A stretch of DNA of 64,000 nt, taken from a virus. Lineage: Duplodnaviria; Heunggongvirae; Uroviricota; Caudoviricetes. The stretch covers positions 102,321-166,320 of the IMG/VR virus record IMGVR_UViG_3300028797_000098; one strand, written 5' to 3'. The number at the start of each line of letters is the position of its first letter. The stretch's first letter is position 1. Positions 53,725-62,123 of this stretch are shown piece by piece. The notes beneath the pieces are model-generated. The model did no database searches. It worked only from the letters and a program-made list of their open reading frames with translations, and was not told where the DNA came from. Made by a program: the position numbers and the translations under genes.

Positions 53725-55176
53725 GTGAACTACCCACAGCCTAAAGGCTGTGAGCTTCGAGTTTTCGCTTCAACGGAGCCGCTTGTGCTAACCCAGTAGA
53801 ACTGGACTGCATAGAGGCGGCTACCTCAGCGGAGGCGTGTTCCACGCACTCAGCACGTTTAGTCGTGCCAAACAAGAGTACATTACAGGCGGAATGCCAG
53901 TCTCTGGGCTTGGTGTATCCGCAATCACAATGATATGTGCGTTCATCCAATCCAATCTGATTGACTGCACCGCAGACCGGACACATCTTGGTTGTCGGCA
54001 GCCACTTGGACAGCACGAATGCACGGTCTGCCTTAACCAGCATCTTAATGCGCTGTTTAAGGGCACCCATGCAAGAATGCTGGACTTGCTTGCCGAACCA
54101 CGTCTGGTGCCAGTTCTTGATTTGCTCGTCCTGTATGTAGATGACATCGTAATTGGACACAAGGTCGTGATAGATTTTGTTGCAGATGTCCTTACGGATA
54201 TTTGCAACATGTTCATGCTCACGGGCAAGCTGCTTCCTACAGTTCCACCGCCGCTTGGAGTCCTTCTCTTTCTTGTGCCTATTCAACATCTTTGATAGGT
54301 ACTTCAGGTACTCGGTTTCTTGCACTTTGCAATCGTAGGTCTTGTTGTCCGATGTCGTTATCGTGTTCTTGATGCCGAAGTCCAGGCCGACACTCCGGCG
54401 AGTGCGGTTTCTCGGTTCCTTCGGCAACATAATGGTGAGTTTTACATAGTAGCCGGACGCCTTGCGAATAAGCTTGGCGTCGGCTATCTCGTATTCCTCA
54501 AATTCTATCTGATGCAATCCATTCACCTTCAGCTTCCTGAACCCAGGAATGGTGATATGGCTTGCGTCCAGAATCTTCGTGAAACCCGTAATGATGGGGA
54601 TGCAGTTCACTTCCGACTTGAACTTCAATGCACCAACCTTGATTCCTTTCTTCTTGGCTTTTGCAAGGTTGATGATGTCTGTCTTCTTCTGGGCCACAGT
54701 AGCCCTGTGGAGAACAGACGGTAGTGTAATGGTTGAAGTGACCGGATTCTTGTCCTTGTCGTAGTGGACTACATCCTTGTGCTCGGTGTACTTGTAGTCG
54801 AACATACTGTTGTCGGGATTGTCCTTGGACAACGACAGCATGTCGTTGATTACCCATTTCGCTTCCTTGAAGCACTGGGCCAGTTTCTGGAAGGTCTCTT
54901 TCGGGTTGTGCCGTATGGACACTTTGAGCTCAAAGACACGACATATCTGCGACTTACGACGGGCATGAGTCTCAGCCATGCTCGCCTTAATTTTCGCCTT
55001 CGTATCTTCGCTTCTTATCAGTTCCATAATAAGTTCTTGACTATACTTATAGTTTAGTAGTTTTACTCAATAAATATAGCTATTTTAGTGTACATAAAAT
55101 GTTATTTATTTCTTACATCTGCTATCGGCGGGTCTTACCCACGCCCTAAAGGGCGTGAGCTTGCGACCGCCCATTT
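53725..55176 (-). mobile_element. tnpB-only IS200/IS605 (IS1341-type) element, 1452 bp
   Basis: Left end AAATGGGCGGTCGCAAGCTCACGCCC-TTTA-GGGCGTGGG after TTGAC; right end GCTCACAGCC-TTTA-GGCTGTGGGTAGTTCAC; no tnpA. Confidence 0.9.
53741..55027 (-). CDS. tnpB: RNA-guided endonuclease TnpB
   Basis: RuvC-I VGLDFGI, RuvC-II IYIQDEQI, Zn finger CPVC...CDCG, RuvC-III RDWHSACN. Confidence 0.9.
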   Translation of the reverse strand: MELIRSEDTKAKIKASMAETHARRKSQICRVFELKVSIRHNPKETFQKLAQCFKEAKWVINDMLSLSKDNPDNSMFDYKYTEHKDVVHYDKDKNPVTSTITLPSVLHRATVAQKKTDIINLAKAKKKGIKVGALKFKSEVNCIPIITGFTKILDASHITIPGFRKLKVNGLHQIEFEEYEIADAKLIRKASGYYVKLTIMLPKEPRNRTRRSVGLDFGIKNTITTSDNKTYDCKVQETEYLKYLSKMLNRHKKEKDSKRRWNCRKQLAREHEHVANIRKDICNKIYHDLVSNYDVIYIQDEQIKNWHQTWFGKQVQHSCMGALKQRIKMLVKADRAFVLSKWLPTTKMCPVCGAVNQIGLDERTYHCDCGYTKPRDWHSACNVLLFGTTKRAECVEHASAEVAASMQSSSTGLAQAAPLKRKLEAHSL

Positions 55177-55208
55177 GTCAAAATACCCCAGAATCCCATT
55201 ATATTTCC

Positions 55209-55622
55209 TTATGCGTCTGTGTTGATAGAGTTCATGCAGTCCACGATGAACTGCCCGTATTCGTCCTGGATGGCAGCGGCAACCTTCGGGTGGAGACGCT
55301 TTCTGTCTGTCAGGAATCCCCAACCGCGAACATGCAGTTCAATTTCCTCGCCATCCGCCTTGAACCTTACTATGGAATCGGTCATGGTGCCCTCGTAGTC
55401 CGGGTGACCAAAGGACATCTTCGCGGGGAGTTCGGTCCCGTTCACAGTGGCGTTCATGGCTGCTGCCATGGCCTTGAAATGGGCATCTGCGGTGCCCTTA
55501 AATGCGGCTTCCGAAGAGGAAGTCGTGGTCCGGTTGCCTGCGGAATCCCAGATTGTATCGGCACAAATTCTGTCGTTATGGAAAGGAGGGATAAAATATT
55601 TGGTCCAGCTATATTCTTTCAT
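55209..55622 (-). CDS. hypothetical protein (leaderless candidate)
   Basis: ATG at 55622 is 6 nt after the -10 box of the 55629-55657 promoter. Confidence 0.7.
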   Translation of the reverse strand: MKEYSWTKYFIPPFHNDRICADTIWDSAGNRTTTSSSEAAFKGTADAHFKAMAAAMNATVNGTELPAKMSFGHPDYEGTMTDSIVRFKADGEEIELHVRGWGFLTDRKRLHPKVAAAIQDEYGQFIVDCMNSINTDA

Positions 55623-55628
55623 GGTCAA

Positions 55629-55657
55629 AATTTAGCAAAATTGAAAGAAAATGGCAA
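55629..55657 (-). promoter_or_regulatory. sigma70-like promoter TTGCCA-N17-TAAATT
   Basis: Consensus variant; -35 overlaps the hairpin GGCAACCGGGAC/GTCCCGATTGCC. Confidence 0.7.
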
Positions 55658-55710
55658 CCGGGACTATGTGTCCCGATTGCCAAAAAATAAAATTTTAGGG
55701 ACTTATACTC

Positions 55711-56163
55711 CTATCCAAGATAGATGGTGTCCTTGCCAACACCGATGTTGCGGCCAACATGATGATATGTAAGCCCATCAAACATGACGACCTTGCACCC
55801 GCCATGCCCATATTGGATAAGCTCGTCCAGATGCTCTTTCAGTTCAATGACGGTCGTTGTCCCGGTCTCGGTAAGCCAGGCATTTCGTGCCTTTTTATGC
55901 TTGATGTTTTTCCATTCAGCCCACATTGCACCAAATGAAACCAATGCACAGAAGATGACATCCAGTACGAAAGTAAAGGTAGATGAATTTACTTCATCCG
56001 ACATGTCCACCATTATGTTCAACAGGCAACATGCGGCACCGCAGGTTAGCATCATGAAGCCGCATTCATATTGCTTTTTAATGAACAGGCAAATCGAGCC
56101 CATGAATATTGAAAAAATCATGAAGCCGTACATTACAACAATCATCGAGTAGTTCATGGTCAA
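55711..56163 (-). CDS. hypothetical membrane protein
   Basis: Three N-terminal hydrophobic segments. Confidence 0.7.
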   Translation of the reverse strand: MTMNYSMIVVMYGFMIFSIFMGSICLFIKKQYECGFMMLTCGAACCLLNIMVDMSDEVNSSTFTFVLDVIFCALVSFGAMWAEWKNIKHKKARNAWLTETGTTTVIELKEHLDELIQYGHGGCKVVMFDGLTYHHVGRNIGVGKDTIYLG

Positions 56164-56169
56164 TTCTCC

Positions 56170-56385
56170 TTATTTGGTTAAGTGTGAAACAGGACGGTGG
56201 CCATGGTGCCACCAGTACGGTATGCGCCAGAAGATTCCCCAGCGTTCCTTAAGTTCCATTATCCAATGCATTTGGTCGATTTCGTCCATCCGTTGGCAAA
56301 GCTTGACATCTTGCATGTTGTATGCCAACCAGGGGCTTATGCTCGGGTGGGCATTTCCATCAATAGTGCCAGTCTGTTTCGTCAT
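56170..56385 (-). CDS. hypothetical protein
   Basis: Packed minus-strand run. Confidence 0.55.
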   Translation of the reverse strand: MTKQTGTIDGNAHPSISPWLAYNMQDVKLCQRMDEIDQMHWIMELKERWGIFWRIPYWWHHGHRPVSHLTK

Positions 56386-56623
56386 TCTTCAACTCCATAA
56401 ATTTAGTTTTGCCTTCCTCCTTGTAGGTGTAGTATTTTTGCCCGGTGCTCCAACGGACAATGCGTTCATCGGTGATTGCATCCGGTTTCGGGGGAGGGGT
56501 GAGGTATTCGATTGTGCACCCGGAGCCCGATTTAAGGAAGGCGATTTCAACAATCCTGCCCTGCTTGTCATAGTACTTAACAAGGCCTTCGTTTTCAAGT
56601 GTTTCGGATCTTTCAATTTCCAT
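56360..56623 (-). CDS. hypothetical protein
   Basis: AGGAG upstream. Confidence 0.65.
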   Translation of the reverse strand: MEIERSETLENEGLVKYYDKQGRIVEIAFLKSGSGCTIEYLTPPPKPDAITDERIVRWSTGQKYYTYKEEGKTKFMELKNDETDWHY

Positions 56624-56631
56624 ATAGTCTC

Positions 56632-57108
56632 CTAAGTTTCCGGGGTCGTGAGGGCAAAACTGTCCGTCGCAAAATCGGTAAGCCGTTGGCCCAGTCTACG
56701 GTAGACATCCATGGCGATGTCGTGCATTTCCGCGGCCATCCAATCCTTGACTTCCGGGTGGTAAAGAATCTGCATGGCGAATGTCTTACAGAACTTTCGG
56801 CCATCGGTGATTGACTGGAAATCACGGGCATGGTCTCGGTACCAGAACACTCGCGCTATGTTGCCGTACACGGCCAGGTCGAGAGCCTTGTTCTCTTTAA
56901 GATACCTGTCAATGGATTCCTTGGGCATGTCATCCTTAGCAAATTCCCAAAAGAGCAAGCGAAGCTGTCCAAGGTCAATGTAGGTACCGTCTTCGGTGCG
57001 AATGCGTTCCTGGTGGTCGTCGGACCACCATGATGCCTCTACGTGTTCCATTGGGATAACGCCGTTATTCTTCTTTATGACTTCTTCTACTTTGACTTCG
57101 ATAGGCAT
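56632..57108 (-). CDS. hypothetical protein
   Basis: GGAG upstream. Confidence 0.7.
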   Translation of the reverse strand: MPIEVKVEEVIKKNNGVIPMEHVEASWWSDDHQERIRTEDGTYIDLGQLRLLFWEFAKDDMPKESIDRYLKENKALDLAVYGNIARVFWYRDHARDFQSITDGRKFCKTFAMQILYHPEVKDWMAAEMHDIAMDVYRRLGQRLTDFATDSFALTTPET

Positions 57109-57138
57109 GGTGTGTCTCCAAAAATTAAAAATTAAAAA

Positions 57139-57456
57139 TTAAAATGGTAAACTTGTTGCCGGGTGTTCCCACGGATAATACGCGCCCTTGATGTATTGTC
57201 TCGGGCGGTTCCACTTCTCGTACAGGAGGAACGGGAGCAGAATGCGAGAGACAAATCTGTAGGCAAGTATCATCTTCGTGGCGAACTTTCCATGGAAGTC
57301 TTCCGGGTACATTTCGCGGAGTTTATGGTCAGCTTCTTCCGGGGTTACCCATCCACCGGAATACTCCCCGGTGATGCTTCCATAGAGGGCGCTGAAATGC
57401 CCGCAGTTCTGACAAGCCGAAGTGGCATATCGTTGGCAATGGTCACAAACAATCAT
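57139..57456 (-). CDS. hypothetical protein with CxxC motifs
   Basis: CDHC...CQNC. Confidence 0.6.
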   Translation of the reverse strand: MIVCDHCQRYATSACQNCGHFSALYGSITGEYSGGWVTPEEADHKLREMYPEDFHGKFATKMILAYRFVSRILLPFLLYEKWNRPRQYIKGAYYPWEHPATSLPF

Positions 57457-57458
57457 AA

Positions 57459-57506
57459 TTTATACCGCCATTTATACCGCCATTTATTATGACATTTATA
57501 CCGCCA
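57459..57506. repeat. four 12-bp units, TTTATACCGCCA x3 plus one diverged
   Basis: 57459-70, 57471-82, (57483-94 TTTATTATGACA), 57495-506. Confidence 0.85.
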
Positions 57507-58275
57507 TGCGGTCTTCCACGTAGATTTCGGACATCTTTTCGCGGAGGCGTTTCAGTGCTCGGTTCTTGACCTTGCGTGCCCATTCGTGGGAACAGCCATG
57601 CGATTCGCCCCATTCTCGGGTGGACACGTGGTCATCGCCCATGACCATCTTCTTGATGGCATCGCATTCGATTTCGGGAAGGGAAGAGAGAAGTTCATTG
57701 ACCAGTGCGGAACGGTCGCGTTCTTCGGCTTCTTCTGCCCCGTTTTCGCCTTCTGCGCTCAACGTTTCAAGAAGGGTGGTCTTGGAATCGTCATCGCCGA
57801 CCATTGCATCGCCGGACACGACCTTGACCGGATTGCGCTTGATGGGCTGTCCGTCTTCATCGAGAAGAGGCTTGCCATCGGTACCCTTGGCGGGCTTCTG
57901 CAAGTTTTCCGGCACGGCGACAACGGAATCGCCATAGAGTTCCTTGTTCATGGCATTCTTGATATGCCACTTGTAGTAGCAACCAAATTCATAACCAAGA
58001 CTGCTATCAAACAGTTCAATGGCGCGATTGAACCCGAGAGCGGCTGCGCCGATAAGGTCGCTCATTTCGCCCGTGTACATTTCGTAGTTGCGGGAACGGG
58101 CGAAAGTAATGACCATCGGGATGTAAAGGTTGAACAGGGTGTCACGTGCGGACTGCGAACCCGCCTTGGCATTGATGATGTATTGTTTCTCAATCTCCGT
58201 AGAAGTGATGACCTTCTTTGCGGCCTCGTAAGCCTTGGAGAGTTGAGAACGGAGGTAGGATGAGCAGTTGAGCAT
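57496..58275 (-). CDS. RNA polymerase sigma-70-family factor
   Basis: Region 2 ARDTLFNLYIPMV...DLI....GF.RAIELFD..LGY.F..Y..WHI; region 4 LSSLPE.E...I...T.E.GE..G.S.EWARKV..RALKRLR. Confidence 0.85.
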   Translation of the reverse strand: MLNCSSYLRSQLSKAYEAAKKVITSTEIEKQYIINAKAGSQSARDTLFNLYIPMVITFARSRNYEMYTGEMSDLIGAAALGFNRAIELFDSSLGYEFGCYYKWHIKNAMNKELYGDSVVAVPENLQKPAKGTDGKPLLDEDGQPIKRNPVKVVSGDAMVGDDDSKTTLLETLSAEGENGAEEAEERDRSALVNELLSSLPEIECDAIKKMVMGDDHVSTREWGESHGCSHEWARKVKNRALKRLREKMSEIYVEDRMAV

Positions 58276-58319
58276 TTTGTTGTTTCCCTTCTTATGTTGA
58301 TTGTTTGTTTCGTTGCTGA

Positions 58320-58367
58320 TACGATTCGCCCCCAGGTCCCCTTAGCCCTGGATGCCCTCGGATACGG
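58320..58367 (-). promoter_or_regulatory. ACCGT-N22-GGGACCTGGGG-N5-TCGTA motif
   Basis: One of three copies; upstream of the sigma gene. Confidence 0.6.
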
Positions 58368-58791
58368 TCGGTTCTTCTTCCGGCTTCGGATCCAGAGGAA
58401 TGTGGGTATATTCGATTCGCTCCTTAGATGGGTCGTAGAACGCAGCCTTCCAGGCGAGCTTTCCTTCGTTGATGTCCTTTTCGGCCTTTTCAAGACCTAG
58501 AATAAGACTGATGATGTCCGGGTTTCTAATATCTGCGTGTCGCCAGTCATGTGTGCAAACCCCGATGATTTTATCGAGTTCATGACACAATAAACCGCCG
58601 AAACCAAGGAGATTCAGGAAGGCGAGCAACATCGTGCCTGGGCATTGGGTTACATCATTGCATACAATCCACAACGCCTGCCATGCGGCAACTATCGCCT
58701 CGATGAACATGAAGTCCAGGCTGACCCGAACCGGGTGGTTCTTGCGGTCATTGTATGCCTTGTCATGCATCCACTTAAACGGGTTTTTCAT
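58342..58791 (-). CDS. hypothetical membrane protein
   Basis: Two hydrophobic segments. Confidence 0.7.
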   Translation of the reverse strand: MKNPFKWMHDKAYNDRKNHPVRVSLDFMFIEAIVAAWQALWIVCNDVTQCPGTMLLAFLNLLGFGGLLCHELDKIIGVCTHDWRHADIRNPDIISLILGLEKAEKDINEGKLAWKAAFYDPSKERIEYTHIPLDPKPEEEPTVSEGIQG

Positions 58792-59986
58792 TGGTTCTCC
58801 TGTTGATTATACTGTAAATCTGTTTGTACATGTTGATGAAGTTCATGATGTCTTTATCGGACATCCAGCATCCATGCAGACGGGTAACTCCATCGGTAGT
58901 CTTGAACAGCATGTCCCCACGTCCCAGAAGCGACTCGGCACCGATTTCATCAAGGATAGTCTTGGAGTCTACCTGTGACGGGAGCCGGAACGCGATGCGG
59001 GTCGGGAGGTTTGCCTTGATTGTGCCTGTGATTACATCGCGGGAAGGTCTCTGCGTTGCGAGGACTAGGTGGATGCCTGCGGCACGGGCTTTCGCGGCGA
59101 GACGGGCGATGCTTGTTTCCATGCCCTGTTTATCGCATGCCATCAGGTCGGCAACTTCATCAATTACCACGACGATGCGGCAACGGTTGCTTATGTCGCG
59201 TGTGTAATCGGTGACAGTTTCCATGTAGTCATCAAGCGTACGTACAGGCTTTCCGCACGAAACCGTTGCTTCCGTAAACATTCTGTAACGGGCTTCCATC
59301 ACATCGACAAGCGAGGCGAGCTTCTTTACGGCATCACGCACGTTGTTGATGACCTGGACTGTCGGTATCGCCGCATAAGACTGCATTTCAGTTCCCTTCG
59401 GATCGATCAGGACGAGGGATAATTCATTGGGATGGTTGTTCATCAGGAGGTTGCAGATGAGCGAGTTGAGGAACACGCTCTTGCCTGAACCTGTCTGTCC
59501 CGCGACAAGCATGTGCGGTGCCTTTGCGAGGTTGAAGTGTACCGGATTTCCAACAATATCGACACCCATGCCAATATTGAGCGAGCCGAACTGTATCAGG
59601 CCGCTGTTATCTGGGGTCACGATGGTACGGCACGGGACTACTGAGCGTGTCTCGTTCGGGACTTCGATGCCGATAAGGCCATCGTTACACTCGATGCGGA
59701 TGGACTTGCATGGCACGCCAAGGCGCATTGCGAGGTCTTCGAGATTATTTCGCACATTTCGCACGCGGATGCCATCGCCCACCTTTACCATATAGCGGGT
59801 AATGACGGGACCCTGCTTGATGCCGACTACCTCTGCATTCAGGTGGAGGCTTGCTAGGGCGTCATTCATGGCTTCCGTACGGTCGGTGCGCGTGCTATCA
59901 GTGGAGGATGGCTTCGTGAGTGCATTCCACAAGATAGGTGCGGCAATGTTGCGCCATCCGCTAACGCATTTATATTCGTTTCGCAT
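58775..59986 (-). CDS. FtsK/SpoIIIE-family DNA translocase ATPase
   Basis: PHMLVAGQTGSGKS, LIDPKG, VVVIDEVADLM, ARAAGIHLVLATQRP, GAESLLGRGDML. Confidence 0.9.
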   Translation of the reverse strand: MRNEYKCVSGWRNIAAPILWNALTKPSSTDSTRTDRTEAMNDALASLHLNAEVVGIKQGPVITRYMVKVGDGIRVRNVRNNLEDLAMRLGVPCKSIRIECNDGLIGIEVPNETRSVVPCRTIVTPDNSGLIQFGSLNIGMGVDIVGNPVHFNLAKAPHMLVAGQTGSGKSVFLNSLICNLLMNNHPNELSLVLIDPKGTEMQSYAAIPTVQVINNVRDAVKKLASLVDVMEARYRMFTEATVSCGKPVRTLDDYMETVTDYTRDISNRCRIVVVIDEVADLMACDKQGMETSIARLAAKARAAGIHLVLATQRPSRDVITGTIKANLPTRIAFRLPSQVDSKTILDEIGAESLLGRGDMLFKTTDGVTRLHGCWMSDKDIMNFINMYKQIYSIINRRTNEKPV

Positions 59987-60007
59987 TTAATCTCCTTTCG
60001 GTTGCCT

Positions 60008-60056
60008 TACGATGATCCCCCAGGTCCCCAAAGAACGGGAACATGGTGTACACGGT
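60008..60056 (-). promoter_or_regulatory. ACCGT-N23-GGGACCTGGGG-N5-TCGTA motif
   Basis: Copy upstream of the FtsK-like gene. Confidence 0.6.
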
Positions 60057-60060
60057 TGAA

Positions 60061-60420
60061 TCAGTTTGACTTGCACTTCACAAGGTAGTTGTGAAGCTCC
60101 ATAATCTCGGTCGGAATCCTAAACAGCTTCCATGAGGTCGGCCCCTTCTGTGGCTGGTTAATCAAGACTTCCGCGGTGTCGCAGTCGGGTATGTAGGCCG
60201 GGTCCCCGGGAAGGGCCGGGCGACCGCTGATTGTATCGACCACATCGCATGTCATCACGGTAAGCATGGGGCGACCGTATTTCTCGTTTGGGATATATTC
60301 CAGGCGCATTATCGCGTCAATGTCCACGGTCATGATTGCGCCATTGCGCTGTTTCCATTGCATTATCATAGCTTTACCCCCAGGCAGGTCGCATGGTTCT
60401 TGTCGAACCACAGGACACAT
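60061..60420 (-). CDS. hypothetical protein
   Basis: Packed minus-strand run; start probably near 60375. Confidence 0.6.
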   Translation of the reverse strand: MCPVVRQEPCDLPGGKAMIMQWKQRNGAIMTVDIDAIMRLEYIPNEKYGRPMLTVMTCDVVDTISGRPALPGDPAYIPDCDTAEVLINQPQKGPTSWKLFRIPTEIMELHNYLVKCKSN

Positions 60421-60620
60421 CGGATGAACGTTGATTTAAGGAAGATTCGTTGCAGAAGTTTCTTGTTGTGGTCGAAGAAGTTTGTACCGGAATATATGTC
60501 CACCCGGTTGCCCAGGGAGTTCAGGATGCCAAACATGTTCGTCTTGCACGCGAGCACGTTCGCGTTGGCTTCCTTGCTCATGGACTTTTTCTGTATAGGG
60601 TCGTTAAGCGTGATAGTCAT
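60366..60620 (-). CDS. hypothetical protein
   Basis: GAGG upstream, after the motif copy. Confidence 0.65.
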   Translation of the reverse strand: MTITLNDPIQKKSMSKEANANVLACKTNMFGILNSLGNRVDIYSGTNFFDHNKKLLQRIFLKSTFIRCVLWFDKNHATCLGVKL

Positions 60621-60645
60621 AGTTGCCTCGTTTCGTTTCGGTACA

Positions 60646-60694
60646 TACGATGATACCCCAGGTCCCATGAAAACGGGGCACTGGGTTATACGGT
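60646..60694 (-). promoter_or_regulatory. ACCGT-N23-GGGACCTGGGG-N5-TCGTA motif
   Basis: Third copy. Confidence 0.6.
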
Positions 60695-60717
60695 TGTTTC
60701 ATGTTTCACGGCACGGA

Positions 60718-60924
60718 TCAAATGGAGTCTACGAACTCTTGGAGTTTTGTTGCGATTTCCTGGAGCCTTTCTTTCGAGAAGTCCCCGACACAGGCGGTTG
60801 TCGTGTGCTTTTTGCCTTCCCATTCCCCATCGTTCCTTGTGAGGATGATGTTGTATCCGAAAGCGCCCCGCATGACTTCAATGTTACCTTGCCTGTCGTT
60901 GTAGATGTAGGTGGAGTCTGGCAT
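60718..60924 (-). CDS. hypothetical protein
   Basis: AAGGA upstream; protein-like composition. Confidence 0.6.
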   Translation of the reverse strand: MPDSTYIYNDRQGNIEVMRGAFGYNIILTRNDGEWEGKKHTTTACVGDFSKERLQEIATKLQEFVDSI

Positions 60925-61607
60925 TGTCTGTCCTTCTTGGTTGATTTGTGTAAGGGAATCTTTACGCTGTCGCGGGTCAGGTAATCGGGGATGCCTTGTA
61001 TCATCGGGATAATTGCCTTCATCCTTGATACTGCGCCCTTGTATTCCTCAAAACTGGACACGATTTCGTACTTGACGTTATGCCCGTGATTCTGTACCGT
61101 CACGCCATCGGGTTCCAAGCCGATTATGGTGCTGAACATGATTTTCAGGGAATATATCTGAATTTCATCGTTGCCGATGCGGTTGTACTTTGACAGCCGG
61201 ACACCATTCAGGCTTACCTCGGTTTCCCATTCCCGGTCATCAACGGACACATCGGTCACGTAGATGTATTCGGTTGAGTTCGCGATGCCATTGGGATATT
61301 TAATCAGCTTGCCTTTCATTGCATTGAGGTACGCGAGCTTTTCTTCATCCCCGTGTTTAGATTTGCCATAGTAGATGTCATCGTTCGCCGCATGGATGAT
61401 GCGTTCGCATGCCATTATGACATGTTCAAGTGACTTTGGCTTCCATGCGCCCATCTTGGCGAGCATGCCGCTGATGTCATCGGTAACCGGTGTGCTGGTT
61501 GTCATGCGGCGGTCGATTTCAATTCTTCTCATGGCATTCCTGTGCTGTTTTCGCAAGTTCAGCTTTGAAGCGATTGGCATTGATGCCGGACGTAGCGCGA
61601 TGCCCAT
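60729..61607 (-). CDS. hypothetical protein
   Basis: Long ORF; last ~65 codons overlap the next gene. Confidence 0.65.
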   Translation of the reverse strand: MGIALRPASMPIASKLNLRKQHRNAMRRIEIDRRMTTSTPVTDDISGMLAKMGAWKPKSLEHVIMACERIIHAANDDIYYGKSKHGDEEKLAYLNAMKGKLIKYPNGIANSTEYIYVTDVSVDDREWETEVSLNGVRLSKYNRIGNDEIQIYSLKIMFSTIIGLEPDGVTVQNHGHNVKYEIVSSFEEYKGAVSRMKAIIPMIQGIPDYLTRDSVKIPLHKSTKKDRQCQTPPTSTTTGKVTLKSCGALSDTTSSSQGTMGNGKAKSTRQPPVSGTSRKKGSRKSQQNSKSS

Positions 61608-61670
61608 TCTTGTACGATATCGTCTCGACCATTATCTGCAAGGGGTTGAACTTGCACTTGAAATGCTTTC

Positions 61671-62123
61671 TCATTGTTTACCTCCATTGAACAGATTGTC
61701 CACGAGTTTCACGAGTTCGGGAATAACACCCACATTGATTCGTAGTATTTCATTACAGCCATGTACCGCAGTATGTACGGACAACGCGTTGCGCTCTCCA
61801 TCGACCTCGGCGAACCCGGTATTTCCGCGCCGGAGCATCCACGCATAACGGCTTGCGATGACGATTGCCCTCATGAGTTCAAGGAACTTGTAGCGGATGT
61901 CCTCCGGTATTATCCCATCGAACGCGGTAGCATTCATCACATAGTCAGTCATGCAGGCGCAAATGCGGTGTTCGCCCCTGCCGGGACGGGTACCCCTCGG
62001 GTAGTGGAACACCATGCAGGTTTCCCAGTATCCGTTGGGAGCCTTACGGGGTTTCTGCATCCACAGCGTATCCCCAAACTGGTCCTTGCCCAGTTTCCAG
62101 AAGTCCTTAATGGTTTCTTGCAT
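61671..62123 (-). CDS. hypothetical protein
   Basis: Start moved to MQETIK. Confidence 0.65.
   Translation of the reverse strand: MQETIKDFWKLGKDQFGDTLWMQKPRKAPNGYWETCMVFHYPRGTRPGRGEHRICACMTDYVMNATAFDGIIPEDIRYKFLELMRAIVIASRYAWMLRRGNTGFAEVDGERNALSVHTAVHGCNEILRINVGVIPELVKLVDNLFNGGKQ

Larger units (their letters stand above)
53505..55199 (-). pseudogene. 80-aa gene interrupted at codon 8 by the IS
   Basis: Joining 55199-55177 to 53724-53505 gives the open frame MGFWGILTGLAAAKYIVSDNGNGGG...SFIQ* with AAGGA upstream. Confidence 0.75.

Noticed and set aside
53725-55176. IStron (group I intron-IS hybrid)
   Set aside because: Only about 150 nt of AT-rich leader precede tnpB; no room or motifs for a group I core
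57120-57143. AAAAATT tandem repeat as a functional repeat
   Set aside because: Most simply a U-rich stretch upstream of a ribosome-binding site on the minus strand; a similar run occurs at ~63456
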